64,000 bases of DNA from Octopus vulgaris (GCA_951406725.2 OX597831.1:79112001-79176000), one strand, 5' to 3'. Counted from the stretch's first letter, positions 14,082 through 25,975 are shown. The notes: a model not told the origin generated them from the sequence alone. Program-made: numbers and translations.

Positions 14082-15758
14082 AAACAACCAGTTGTACAGT
14101 ATCCGACCCGCAAGAGACCGATGCAGGACGGGTTGAAACATCGTTGTGATGAATAAAGATTCTTGCGAACTCCATTTTCCGTTTCTCTCGTTCATCTGAA
14201 AGTACGAAACAGGGAGTAATATCACAGTCGACAACTGAAGAGGGGTTAGACTTCTTTTGGCATTTTGTCCGTTACTTGTCTCTCGTGTGTTTACGTATTT
14301 TTCACTCGCTGGTGATGTCCTGTAATTAATGAGTATAATATATATATATGATGTACATATCAAATGAATGTACATATTGTACGTGTTTAGATGTATATAT
14401 ACTTTACCAGGGACCCATGATCCCTCTGGTATAGACGTGCTATCATTAAATGCCGTCTTTTCAACACTTCTGAACATGGCGAAATCCATGAATCTACTGC
14501 ATTAACCACAATCGATTTCTTCCTGAAAAAGCAAAAGGATAATTCACTCTACATTATAGGAGAGGTACTTTATTCATCGAACTTTAAGGGACGGCAGGCA
14601 TTGTCGAAGTAGGTGCGATTTGAACCCGAAAAACAGAGATCCATGCGTAATATATCGCAAAGAATTCTATAAAAGAATCGAACAACTTTACCAATTTATC
14701 GCCTAAATATATGTGTATATTTCTGTATAATGTGTGGTGCGCGTATATATATATGTATGAATGTATGTATGTATATATATACATACACAAACATATGCAT
14801 GCATATGCATATATATATACAAACACATGCATACATACATACATGCATACTATGATTTGTATATAAATATAATATGAGGTTATGTATTTGTGTGTCTACG
14901 GGTGAGTGTTTACGAATGTGTATGCGCGATACATACATACATACATACATACATACATACATACACACACACATACATACACACACATATATATATATAT
15001 ATCCATATATATATAAATTATACTTTTTTATATTTATATATATATACACACATACATTCTATACATTTGTGTAAACATGCAGTTAGATAGATAGACAGAT
15101 GCATGCATACATACATACACACATACATACATATATTTATGTGTAGGGCGGACGAGAGAGCGCACTGAAGACCATATCATAAATATATTCATTATAAGAT
15201 GTCGTCAGATTCATTACAAGACGAAGCAATGAGCCGTGCAACAGCACAAGCTCATGGTCAATAGTTAATGAAACCGGAAGTGAGTGATAGCTGCTATCAA
15301 TGTCAGCATTGCTATACCTTTTCCGGTGACAGTCTCCAAGATGGCTACCGTAAAATATTCATAAACCAGTTCCTATTGTGGTTAAAATGTTCTATTGTTC
15401 TTTTCTCTTATTCTTCGAACATCCTTCCATAGAGAAGATAAAAAATATATACATCTATACTATTTACTGAGGGAAGACTGGCCGGGCTTCTCACACATGT
15501 TCTTTTATGTAAATGTGTATGTGTTATTTATATGTGTGTGTATGTACGTGTGTGTGTGTACAAATATATTTATACGTACATATATACACACATACATAAA
15601 TGCATACATATATATATACACGAGAACATGGATAAATGACTATGTATATATAGTCATAACTACATGTATAAATACATCCACAAATACGTATATATAGGTA
15701 ACTGTTTACATGTATATACATGTAATCATTAGCATATGTATATACATATATATACATA

Positions 15759-15814
<56 letters not shown>

Positions 15815-15924
15815 TATACATATATATACATATATATATACATATATACATATATACATATATATCATGCATGTGTTATACATTGACACACACACATTCA
15901 CACATACTCACACATACACACATA

Positions 15925-15989
<65 letters not shown>

Positions 15990-16199
15990 ATGTGTGTGCG
16001 CGCGTGCGTGTGTGCATCTTTTGTTAAGAGTTCATTTGTTCACTGGATTATAATGCGGCATGAAAAATTAAACATATATTTGTATTACTGCAGATAACAG
16101 TTTCGTGTTCGTATACTATCATTCATGAAGACGCACACGTACGGATGGAAAGATTTGCACGTGGCATCCTATCTCTTCGTGATCACTATTCTTGTGAGA

Positions 16200-17045
16200 A
16201 ATAAACATTTCTATAGAAACCTTGAAAAAAGGAAATTATTTATTAGAAATTACCTAGAAAAGAGTTATAGCTGTACTGTTAATATGACGAATATTATATC
16301 CCGTAAACCTACCTTACAAATAGAAGCCGGACAGTCTTATAATGACACAATAAAATACACATCGACTTTTTTCTATAATGCAGAGGTTATTATATACGAA
16401 GCAGACGTTAAGTAAACGGATCTGAATTTAACCACTTCTTGGATATGTTATAGTGATATTACAGACAGCACAATTCTAGAGATAATGTTTCAATGATACT
16501 ATTGAATTCAGAAACATTTGAAAACTTCTCAGAAAACTTTCCAGTTTTATCTGCTTAATGAAAAAATATGTTTGAACCGAAAATCATAACTAGAAGCTCG
16601 CTGGTTTATAAATTATAAAACTTCCTCAATAAAATTTCCGATAATGGAGGTGGTCTGCACTGCAGAAAAGTGCAGAAAACTGCAGAACAAAGAACGTTTC
16701 TAAACAATTCGCTAAAACCAGAAATATAACTAAATACTAAGTTTGAATGCTTCAAATGATGCAAAGACGCACATTAATTCTATTCAAGTGTTGGGGGACA
16801 TCTGCAGTCAGTCTATAAGTTTGCTGGAGTGTGGAGATACTTCTCGGCTCCATAAAAACAAGACTTGCCAAAAGGATCAATTAACACACGGATCCTCTAT
16901 CAATAGAGTGGACTTCAAGAATTCGAATGGATCCCCAACATCTCCTAAGATGACGAGAAAAGTGTCTTTTCGTAGCTCTTCTTTAAAGATGTCTCTTGGA
17001 GAAGTTTGCACCGATAAAAATGAGCGCTGCTGGGTGCTGTCCTGA
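16200..17045 (+). pseudogene. Probable decayed Ras-superfamily (Rab-like) small GTPase retrocopy
   Basis: LQIEAGQ..TI..TSTFFYNAEVIIYEADV resembles the Rab LQIWDTAGQ..TITSSYYRGA.GIIVVYDV segment; then W, DNVSMILL, PVLSA in order; distal Cys near the stop; several stops and frameshifts. Confidence 0.4.
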
Positions 17046-17643
17046 AAGATTCTGGCACAACACACTTCATTTTCTGCAATCAGTTTCTCCAAACAATTTC
17101 AGCATTTCCCACACCAGTCTTCACTATTATAAACAAATCATATATATATATATATATGGATGATGTGTTCGTTTAGTATGGTCGTGTTTGAATCGTAAAA
17201 GATACAAACATAAGGACTAAAAGTTTTACGCTGCACTGAAAAAACCATAAAAATCGAAACAGCAATTACAGTCCATCGTGTCTTTACTTAAGAGTTCACA
17301 TTCTACTTAATACTTTACACATACGACCAAAAAGGGACCAGAAGGTGGACTCAGATCAATATGGTCCACGAGAAATTTGGAGTGTAGAGCTCCTGCATGA
17401 TGCAGAGTAATGAATGAATCGTTTACAGAAGTGAATATTTGTATGTGTGCATCCATGCGCATGTGTAGATAGCTATATCTATCTATGTATTTATCACTAT
17501 ATAAAAGTGACTGTGTATGAATTTGTAGGTGTGTATAGGTGTGTATATATGCATGCGTATGTATGTCAGTTAAACTGCTTCTGTAAGCATATACACGCAC
17601 TCACACACACATACAGGCATGCATACATATACTTACACACACA

Positions 17644-17697
<54 letters not shown>

Positions 17698-17741
17698 GAA
17701 TATATATATAGCTATTTCTATGTTATATATATTCATAAGTT

Positions 17742-17806
<65 letters not shown>

Positions 17807-18204
17807 ATACAGATAAATATACGTATATAGATGCAGAAACATAAGTAAATATGGGAATCGAAACCGCGATCCTACGACCGCGAGTCCGCTGCTCTAGCCA
17901 CTGTGCCATTGCGCCTCCACTGTGTAAGTATATAATACATACACATATGTGCTCTTTCACCACAACTTTCTCTCACTCTTTCTCCCTGTTTCTGTGGTAC
18001 CTGTATTTCAAAGGGGCCAGCCTTGTCACGCTGAATCTCTCCCGAGAACTACATTAAGGGTACACATGTCTGTGCATTATCCAGCCACTTACACGTTAAT
18101 ATCACGAGCAGGCAGTTCCGTTGATCGGATCAACGGGAACCATCGTCGTCGTAACCGACTATTGCCACGATACATACGCATATATACACAGATATACATT
18201 GCTA

Positions 18205-18512
18205 TGTCACCGTGATCACCGTGACCGACCATCAGATGTCGTTACACATTGCTGGTCACAATGCGCTTCGCATTGTTTTAGCCTTCAAATGACGCCACCC
18301 CGCTGGCTAAGCGAGCAGGCCAACAGAAGAAAGAGTGAGTGAAAGTTGTGGCGAAAGAGTACAGCAGGGATCGCCACCACCCTCTGCTGGAGCCTCGTGG
18401 AGCTTTAGGTGTTTTCGCTCAATAAACACTCACAACGCCCGGTCTGGAAATCGAAACCGCGATCCTACGACCGCGAGTCCACTGCCCTAACCACTCGGCC
18501 ATTGCGCCTCCA
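18205..18512 (-). mobile_element. tRNA-derived SINE, family C (ggaggcgcaatggcc..ggttagggcag head)
   Basis: tRNA-like head on the minus strand; close copy at 53826-54135, partial copies at 17852-17920 and 59755-59966, relative at 43262-43584. Confidence 0.85.
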
Positions 18513-18979
18513 CACATTGCTATGTAGAATGCTAAAATTCTTTCTACATGCTGAAGCAAGTCTTTCCTCTGCAACGGTGGCTGGTTCGTCGCTAAATTGT
18601 TGTTGGTATTTTCGCTATCATTCCTATCGCCATAATTATCGTTCTCGTCTCGGCGTGCTAAAACAATATTAGTCTATGATGAAGATCGGTGCGTGCGGAA
18701 GTGTGTGAAAGTTGTTTTGTGGAAGTGTGGAAGTGTGGGAGTCTGGTAGAGTGGAAGTGTTAGTCGGAGGTAATGGGGGTGGGTGATAAGTTGGTATTTG
18801 TCGCTGGATGTGATAATAATTATCTATGGTTTCGGTAGTTTTAATGGTGTAGTGATGAGTTAAAGGATATATGTCCGAGTGTGTGTGTATGTGTGAGCAT
18901 GAGTATACACATACACACGCACGCACACATATGCTGAACACACACATACAGAACAAACGTACACTCACATATAGGTTTC

Positions 18980-19342
18980 AAAATTTGACACAAGCTTAGC
19001 AATTTCGGAGAAAAGAGGTACGTCCATTAATCGACTCCAGTGCGCAACTGGTACTCATTTTCCCTACCCTGAGAGGATAAAAGGCAAAGTCGACATCGGT
19101 GGTATTTGAACTCAGAACGTAAAGACTGACAAAATACCTATTACTTTACTACCCACAAGGACAGATAAACGGATTGAGTCGATTATAACGACCCTAGTCC
19201 GTAACTGGTACTTATTTAATCGACCCCGAAGGATGAAAGGCAAAGTCGACCTCAGTGGAATTTGAACTCAGAACGTAACGGCAGACGAAATACCGCTAAG
19301 CATTCCGCCCGGTGTAGTAAAGACTTCGCCAACTCGCCGCCG
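18980..19342 (-). mobile_element. SINE family A, two partial tandem copies
   Basis: Reverse complement of the family A core occurs twice. Confidence 0.8.
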
Positions 19343-19374
19343 TTATGTCTATGTATTTATGCTTTTATTATTTT

Positions 19375-19742
19375 ACCTGCTGCTTCAATCATTTAACTGA
19401 GGCCATACTGGAGCATTGCCTTAAGTTGAAGAAACCGGACTTCTTTGTAAGCCTATTACTTATTCTCTCAGTGTCTTTCACCGAATCGCTAAGTTACTTG
19501 GACGGAAACACACTATCATCGGTTGTCAAGCAATAGTGGGGGAAAGACACACTAACATATACATACGAACAACAGGTACTTATATATATACACACATATA
19601 TGTGTGTGTGTATGTATATATATATATATACGACTGGCTTCTTACAGTTTCCGTCTACCAAATCCACTCAAGGCTTTCGTCAGCCCGAGGCTATAGCAAA
19701 AGAAACTTGACTGAATGTCACACATTGGAACTGAACCCGGAA
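19375..19742 (-). mobile_element. SINE family B
   Basis: Reverse complement of 60507-60915. Confidence 0.75.
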
Positions 19743-19764
19743 TCTGTGTATGTATGTATGTATG

Positions 19765-19830
<66 letters not shown>

Positions 19831-20050
19831 TATATATATAATATAATATTATATTATATTTAATGTATATATATATATAATATATATTTATATATATAAT
19901 ATATATTCATATATATATATCTATATCTATATATATATATATATGTATGTATGTATGTATGTGTGTCTGTATATATATATACACATATATATACATATAT
20001 ATATACATATATATATATGTATATATGTATGTGTGTATATATATATATAT

Positions 20051-20130
<80 letters not shown>

Positions 20131-20272
20131 ATATATATATATATATATATCAACAATAAAGGAACGGCCATAATAGGCCATTCACCCACTAGAAATAACA
20201 GCCAAAGCTTCAACCGCAAATAAAAGTTAATTCAGTAAACCAGGAGAAAATTTAAAAAACATTTACCCTGTA

Positions 20273-20379
20273 ATTTCTTATACGATATACCGTTTCATCT
20301 GCTGATTAATGGTAAACTAACCTGATTAAATTAAATCAAGCCAATCTTCCACAGGCCCTCAGATTCTTCAGTAAGAAAT
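20273..20379 (-). ncRNA. Type I hammerhead ribozyme, array copy 1
   Basis: Minus strand reads AUUUCUUA-CUGAAGA-AUCUG..CAGAU-GAAA-CGGUAUAUCG-UA-UAAGAAAU. Confidence 0.85.
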
Positions 20380-20765
20380 AGCCCAAGACGGAACAGATAT
20401 TTTCACGAGGCATTTCCGACGTTGCCAAGTTTATATCTGACCTAAAATTTTCAAATCGTCGCACTCGCGCCAAATTTATCGGCAGCAAATAAATATAAGC
20501 CGTCGATTCCATTACGGAATTAACCAGAAAATTCATAATTAATCAATATAGGGTGGCAAAAAAAATTTTGTAGAATTCTTTTGCCACCAGCGGCCTAGTA
20601 GGAAAAAATTAAAATAGTCACAGACCATTTTTAAGTTCAACATCAACAATAAAGGAACGGCCATAATAGGCCATTCACCCACTAGAAATAACAGCCAAAG
20701 CTTCAACCGCAAATAAAAGTTAATTCAGTAAACCAGGAGAAAATTTAAAAAACATTTACCCTGTA

Positions 20766-20872
20766 ATTTCTTATACGATATACCGTTTCATCTGCTGATT
20801 AATGGTAAACTAACCTGATTAAATTAAATCAAGCCAATCTTCCACAGGCCCTCAGATTCTTCAGTAAGAAAT
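20766..20872 (-). ncRNA. Type I hammerhead ribozyme, array copy 2
   Basis: Same motif, +493 bp. Confidence 0.85.
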
Positions 20873-21257
20873 AGCCCAAGACGGAACAGATATTTTCACG
20901 AGGCATTTCCGACGTTGCCAAGTTTATATCTGACCTAAAATTTTCAAATCGTCGCACTCGCGCCAAATTTATCGGCAGCAAATAAATATAAGCCGTCGAT
21001 TCCATTACGGAATTAACCAGAAAATTCATAATTAATCAATATAGGGTGGCAAAAAAATTTTGTAGAATTCTTTTGCCACCAGCGGCCTAGTAGGAAAAAA
21101 ATAAAATAGTCATAGACCATTTTTAAGTTCAACATCAACAATAAAGGAACGGCCATAATAGGCCATTCACCCACTAGAAATAACAGCCAAAGCTTCAACC
21201 GCAAATAAAAGTTAATTCAGTAAACCAGGAGAAAATTTAAAAAACATTTACCCTGTA

Positions 21258-21364
21258 ATTTCTTATACGATATACCGTTTCATCTGCTGATTAATGGTAA
21301 ACTAACCTGATTAAATTAAATCAAGCCAATCTTCCACAGGCCCTCAGATTCTTCAGTAAGAAAT
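21258..21364 (-). ncRNA. Type I hammerhead ribozyme, array copy 3
   Basis: Same motif, +492 bp. Confidence 0.85.
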
Positions 21365-21749
21365 AGCCCAAGACGGAACAGATATTTTCACGAGGCATTT
21401 CCGACGTTGCCAAGTTTATATCTGACCTAAAATTTTCAAATCGTCGCACTCGCGCCAAATTTATCGGCAGCAAATAAATATAAGCCGTCGATTCCATTAC
21501 GGAATTAACCAGAAAATTCATAATTAATCAATATAGGGTGGCAAAAAAATTTTGTAGAATTCTTTTGCCACCAGCGGCCTAGTAGGAAAAAAATAAAATA
21601 GTCATAGACCATTTTTAAGTTCAACATCAACAATAAAGGAACGGCCATAATAGGCCATTCACCCACTAGAAATAACAGCCAAAGCTTCAACCGCAAATAA
21701 AAGTTAATTCAGTAAACCAGGAGAAAATTTAAAAAACATTTACCCTGTA

Positions 21750-21856
21750 ATTTCTTATACGATATACCGTTTCATCTGCTGATTAATGGTAAACTAACCT
21801 GATTAAATTAAATCAAGCCAATCTTCCACAGGCCCTCAGATTCTTCAGTAAGAAAT
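21750..21856 (-). ncRNA. Type I hammerhead ribozyme, array copy 4
   Basis: Same motif, +492 bp. Confidence 0.85.
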
Positions 21857-22112
21857 AGCCCAAGACGGAACAGATATTTTCACGAGGCATTTCCGACGTT
21901 GCCAAGTTTATATCTGACCTAAAATTTTCAAATCGTCGCACTCGCGCCAAATTTATCGGCAGCAAATAAATATAAGCCGTCGATTCCATTACGGAATTAA
22001 CCAGAAAATTCATAATTAATCAATATAGTGCGACGATTTGAAAATTTTAGGTCAGATATAAACTTGGCAACGTCGGAAATGCCTCGTGAAAATATCTGTT
22101 CCGTCTTGGGCT

Positions 22113-22219
22113 ATTTCTTACTGAAGAATCTGAGGGCCTGCGGAAGATTGGCTTTATTTAATTTAATCAGGTTAGTTTACCATTAATCAGCAGATGAAAC
22201 GGTATATCGTATAAGAAAT
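22113..22219 (+). ncRNA. Type I hammerhead ribozyme, array copy 5
   Basis: Stem I 22113-22120/22212-22219, CTGAAGA 22121-22127, stem II ATCTG/CAGAT, GAAA 22196-22199, stem III 22200-22209, predicted cut after GUA at 22211. Confidence 0.85.
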
Positions 22220-22605
22220 TACAGGGTAAATGTTTTTTAAATTTTCTCCTGGTTTACTGAATTAACTTTTATTTGCGGTTGAAGCTTTGGCTGTTATTTC
22301 TAGTGGGTGAATGGCCTATTATGGCCGTTCATTTATTGTTGATGTTGAACTTAAAAATGGTCTATGACTATTTTAATTTTTTCCTACTAGGCCGCTGGTG
22401 GCAAAAGAATTCTACAAAATTTTTTTTGCCACCCTATATTGATTAATTATGAATTTTCTGGTTAATTCCGTAATGGAATCGACGGCTTATATTTATTTGC
22501 TGCCGATAAATTTGGCGCGAGTGCGACGATTTGAAAATTTTAGGTCAGATATAAACTTGGCAACGTCGGAAATGCCTCGTGAAAATATCTGTTCCGTCTT
22601 GGGCT

Positions 22606-22712
22606 ATTTCTTACTGAAGAATCTGAGGGCCTGTGGAAGATTGGCTTGATTTAATTTAATCAGGTTAGTTTACCATTAATCAGCAGATGAAACGGTATAT
22701 CGTATAAGAAAT
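22606..22712 (+). ncRNA. Type I hammerhead ribozyme, array copy 6
   Basis: Same motif, +493 bp. Confidence 0.85.
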
Positions 22713-23098
22713 TACAGGGTAAATGTTTTTTAAATTTTCTCCTGGTTTACTGAATTAACTTTTATTTGCGGTTGAAGCTTTGGCTGTTATTTCTAGTGGG
22801 TGAATGGCCTATTATGGCCGTTCCTTTATTGTTGATGTTGAACTTAAAAATGGTCTATGACTATTTTAATTTTTTCCTACTAGGCCGCTGGTGGCAAAAG
22901 AATTCTACAAAATTTTTTTTGCCACCCTATATTGATTAATTATGAATTTTCTGGTTAATTCCGTAATGGAATCGACGGCTTATATTTATTTGCTGCCGAT
23001 AAATTTGGCGCGAGTGCGACGATTTGAAAATTTTAGGTCAGATATAAACTTGGCAACGTCGGAAATGCCTCGTGAAAATATCTGTTCCGTCTTGGGCT

Positions 23099-23205
23099 AT
23101 TTCTTACTGAAGAATCTGAGGGCCTGTGGAAGATTGGCTTGATTTAATTTAATCAGGTTAGTTTACCATTAATCAGCAGATGAAACGGTATATCGTATAA
23201 GAAAT
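23099..23205 (+). ncRNA. Type I hammerhead ribozyme, array copy 7
   Basis: Same motif, +493 bp. Confidence 0.85.
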
Positions 23206-23429
23206 TACAGGGTAAATGTTTTTAAAATTTTCTCCTGGTTTACTGAATTAACTTTTATTTGCGGTTGAAGCTTTGGCTGTTATTTCTAGTGGGTGAATGG
23301 CCTATTATGGCCGTTCCTTTATTGTTGATGTTGAACTTAAAAATGGTCTATGACTATTTTAATTTTTTCCTACTAGGCCGCTGGTGGCAAAAGAATTCTA
23401 CAAAATTTTTTTTTGCCACCCTATATTGA

Positions 23430-23466
<37 letters not shown>

Positions 23467-23470
<4 letters not shown>

Positions 23471-23680
23471 ATCCAAACATGAATTCACAAAGAGAAAACA
23501 CAACAAGGCGAGGACGTGGAACAAATATAGTATTATTGGACATTCAGGAAAGAAGAAAAGAAGGAGGGTTTAACATTTCGAGCGGAGCTCTTCGTCGGAA
23601 ACATAGGAGAAGGAAAGATCCAGAGAAGGGAAGACAGAGGAAAATAATCGCCACGGTACACACGCTGTCACATTTTGAAT
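23467..23680 (-). mobile_element. Short (TA)n-embedded element with a minimal hammerhead (23568-23602)
   Basis: Inverted homolog of 26876-27080; minus strand GTTT-CCGACGA-A-GAGC tcc GCTC-GAAA-TG-TT-AAAC. Confidence 0.7.
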
Positions 23681-23719
23681 ACATATGTATATATATATAC
23701 ATATATATATATATATTTG

Positions 23720-23788
<69 letters not shown>

Positions 23789-24009
23789 GAAATGATAAAC
23801 GTAGTATAAGACCCCCCAAAATTCAGTTCTCACCAGTTGTGACTGAGGTTGCTGGGTAGCACCTATATTCCAAGTAATAGGAGGGAAACACTCCTTACAG
23901 CCGCCGAAAGTAGATGTCCATATCTCGACAGGGAAGATAACCGCTCCTCAGGGAGCGAAATCTCTATTCTATAGTTTCGTCTGAAAATCACGCTTCGCCG
24001 CCTTAATAA

Positions 24010-24232
24010 TAATGATCAAAATTTTTAGTATTGGTAGTAAGACTGAAATTTTGTGGGAGGCGATAAGATGATTATATCTACCTCCGTGCTCGGCTAGTAA
24101 TTATTTTATGGTCCCCGAAAAAATGAAGCAAATATCGACCTCGAGAGGGATCTGAACTCAGAACGTAAGCGTAAAGGAAATGCTGCTAGGCATTTCGTCC
24201 GATGCGGTATCAATACTGCCAACTCACCGCTT
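24010..24232 (-). mobile_element. SINE family A, diverged
   Basis: Reverse-complement head and core. Confidence 0.65.
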
Positions 24233-24255
24233 AAGAAATTATAATAATAATGATG

Positions 24256-24323
<68 letters not shown>

Positions 24324-24592
24324 TATAATAATAATAATAATAATAATGATAATAATAATAATGATAATAATAATAATAATAATGATAATAATAATAATGA
24401 TAATAATAATAATAATGATAATAATATATGCCCTGATGCAGAATCCGGTATTGGCTCGTGATGATGATGATGATGGTTTCAAGTTTTGGCACAAGGCCAG
24501 CAAGTTCGGAGAAGGGGTTAAGCCGATTACATTGATCTGAGTCTCCAGTACTCAAATACAAGAAGAATAAGAAGTGGTTGTAGTAGTAGTAA

Positions 24593-24652
<60 letters not shown>

Positions 24653-24733
24653 AAAAAGAAAAAGAAGAAGAAGAAGAAGTAGAAGAAGAAGAAGTGGAAG
24701 AAGAAGAAGGAGAAGAAGAAGAGGAAGAAGGAG

Positions 24734-24765
<32 letters not shown>

Positions 24766-24936
24766 GGAGAAGGAGCTGAACAAGAGGGAGGAGGAGGAGA
24801 AGAAGAAGAAGAAGAAGAAGAAGAAGAAGGAGAAGAAAGAGGAAGTCTCGTTTCGACCATCATTACGTTCTAAGTTCAAATTTTGCCACTTACTGTGCAA
24901 TTACTCCTACTACTACGACAACGACGACCATCACCA

Positions 24937-25000
<64 letters not shown>

Positions 25001-25358
25001 GTTTAACAGCATTTCGTCTGTTTCAATTTCAACTGAGGCTGACCTTGCGTCTCATTCTCGCGGGTTCATTAAAAACAGGTACCAGTATAGCACTGGGGTC
25101 CACGTGATCGACGTAGCCCCTCTCCTCAAAAATTGCTGGCCTTGTGCCCATAGCAGAAATGATTCTTAATGCTATTAATAGTAGTGGTGTTGGAGGCGAT
25201 GGTGGTGTTAGATTGCTCACGTGTTATCAATACTAATTACTGGTGCTGTTGGTGGTGGTGCTGGTGGTGGTGGTGGTGTTCCTGGTATGGAGGTTCTTTT
25301 CCTCTGTTGTTGGCGGAGTAGTGTTGGTGTCATTGCAGTTGATGTTCTTCGTGTTGCT

Positions 25359-25375
25359 GACGACGACGATGGTGG

Positions 25376-25433
<58 letters not shown>

Positions 25434-25446
25434 AGTGATGATGATG

Positions 25447-25511
<65 letters not shown>

Positions 25512-25513
25512 AG

Positions 25514-25571
<58 letters not shown>

Positions 25572-25584
25572 AGTGATGATGATG

Positions 25585-25640
<56 letters not shown>

Positions 25641-25778
25641 GATGATGGTGGTGATGATGATGATGATGATGATGATGGATATGATGATGATGATGGTGAT
25701 GATGATGGTGATGGTGATGATGATGGTGATGATGATGGTGGTGGTGGTGATGATGATGATGATGATGATGATGACGAC

Positions 25779-25821
<43 letters not shown>

Positions 25822-25865
25822 GTGGTGATGATGATGGTGATGATGGTGGTGATGGTGATGACGAC

Positions 25866-25899
<34 letters not shown>

Positions 25900-25975
25900 T
25901 TTGTGGTGGTGATGATGATGATAATGGTGATGATGATGATGATGATGATAATCATGATGATGGTGGTGATGATAT
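25359..25975. repeat. (GAT)n microsatellite
   Basis: Visible; poly-D/M/I ORFs are artefacts. Confidence 0.95.

Larger units (their letters stand above)
20149..23437. mobile_element. Palindromic tandem array of 492-493 bp hammerhead-containing units (non-LTR retrozyme or Penelope pseudo-LTR multimer)
   Basis: Unit starts at 20151, 20644, 21136, 21628; orientation flips at 22027-22028; inverted units have a 493 bp period to 23437; flanked by (TA)n on both sides. Confidence 0.9.

Noticed and set aside
15160-15285. CTGAAGA..GAAACCGG hammerhead candidate
   Set aside because: Stems I and II do not pair and there is no UH after stem III
16094-16204. Acceptor-like site followed by HEDAHVRMERFA, reminiscent of a dystrophin-family segment
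   Set aside because: Only 12 residues, no suitable donor and an early stop; likely chance
18440-18512. tRNA gene
   Set aside because: The tRNA-like sequence is the head of a multi-copy SINE and continues into the shared SINE body
20336-23142. 66 aa ORF MNFLVNSVME.. repeated six times
   Set aside because: Repeats only because the unit is repeated; short, no recognisable domain, and overlaps the ribozyme core
20149-23437. Helitron tandem array (A-TC start, hairpin plus CTAG)
   Set aside because: No array end lies at the CTAG, units continue 40+ bp past it, and the hammerhead plus inverted geometry fits Penelope-type mobilisation better; not fully excluded
20149-23437. CRISPR array
   Set aside because: Units are about 492 bp with no unique spacers; eukaryotic context and no cas genes
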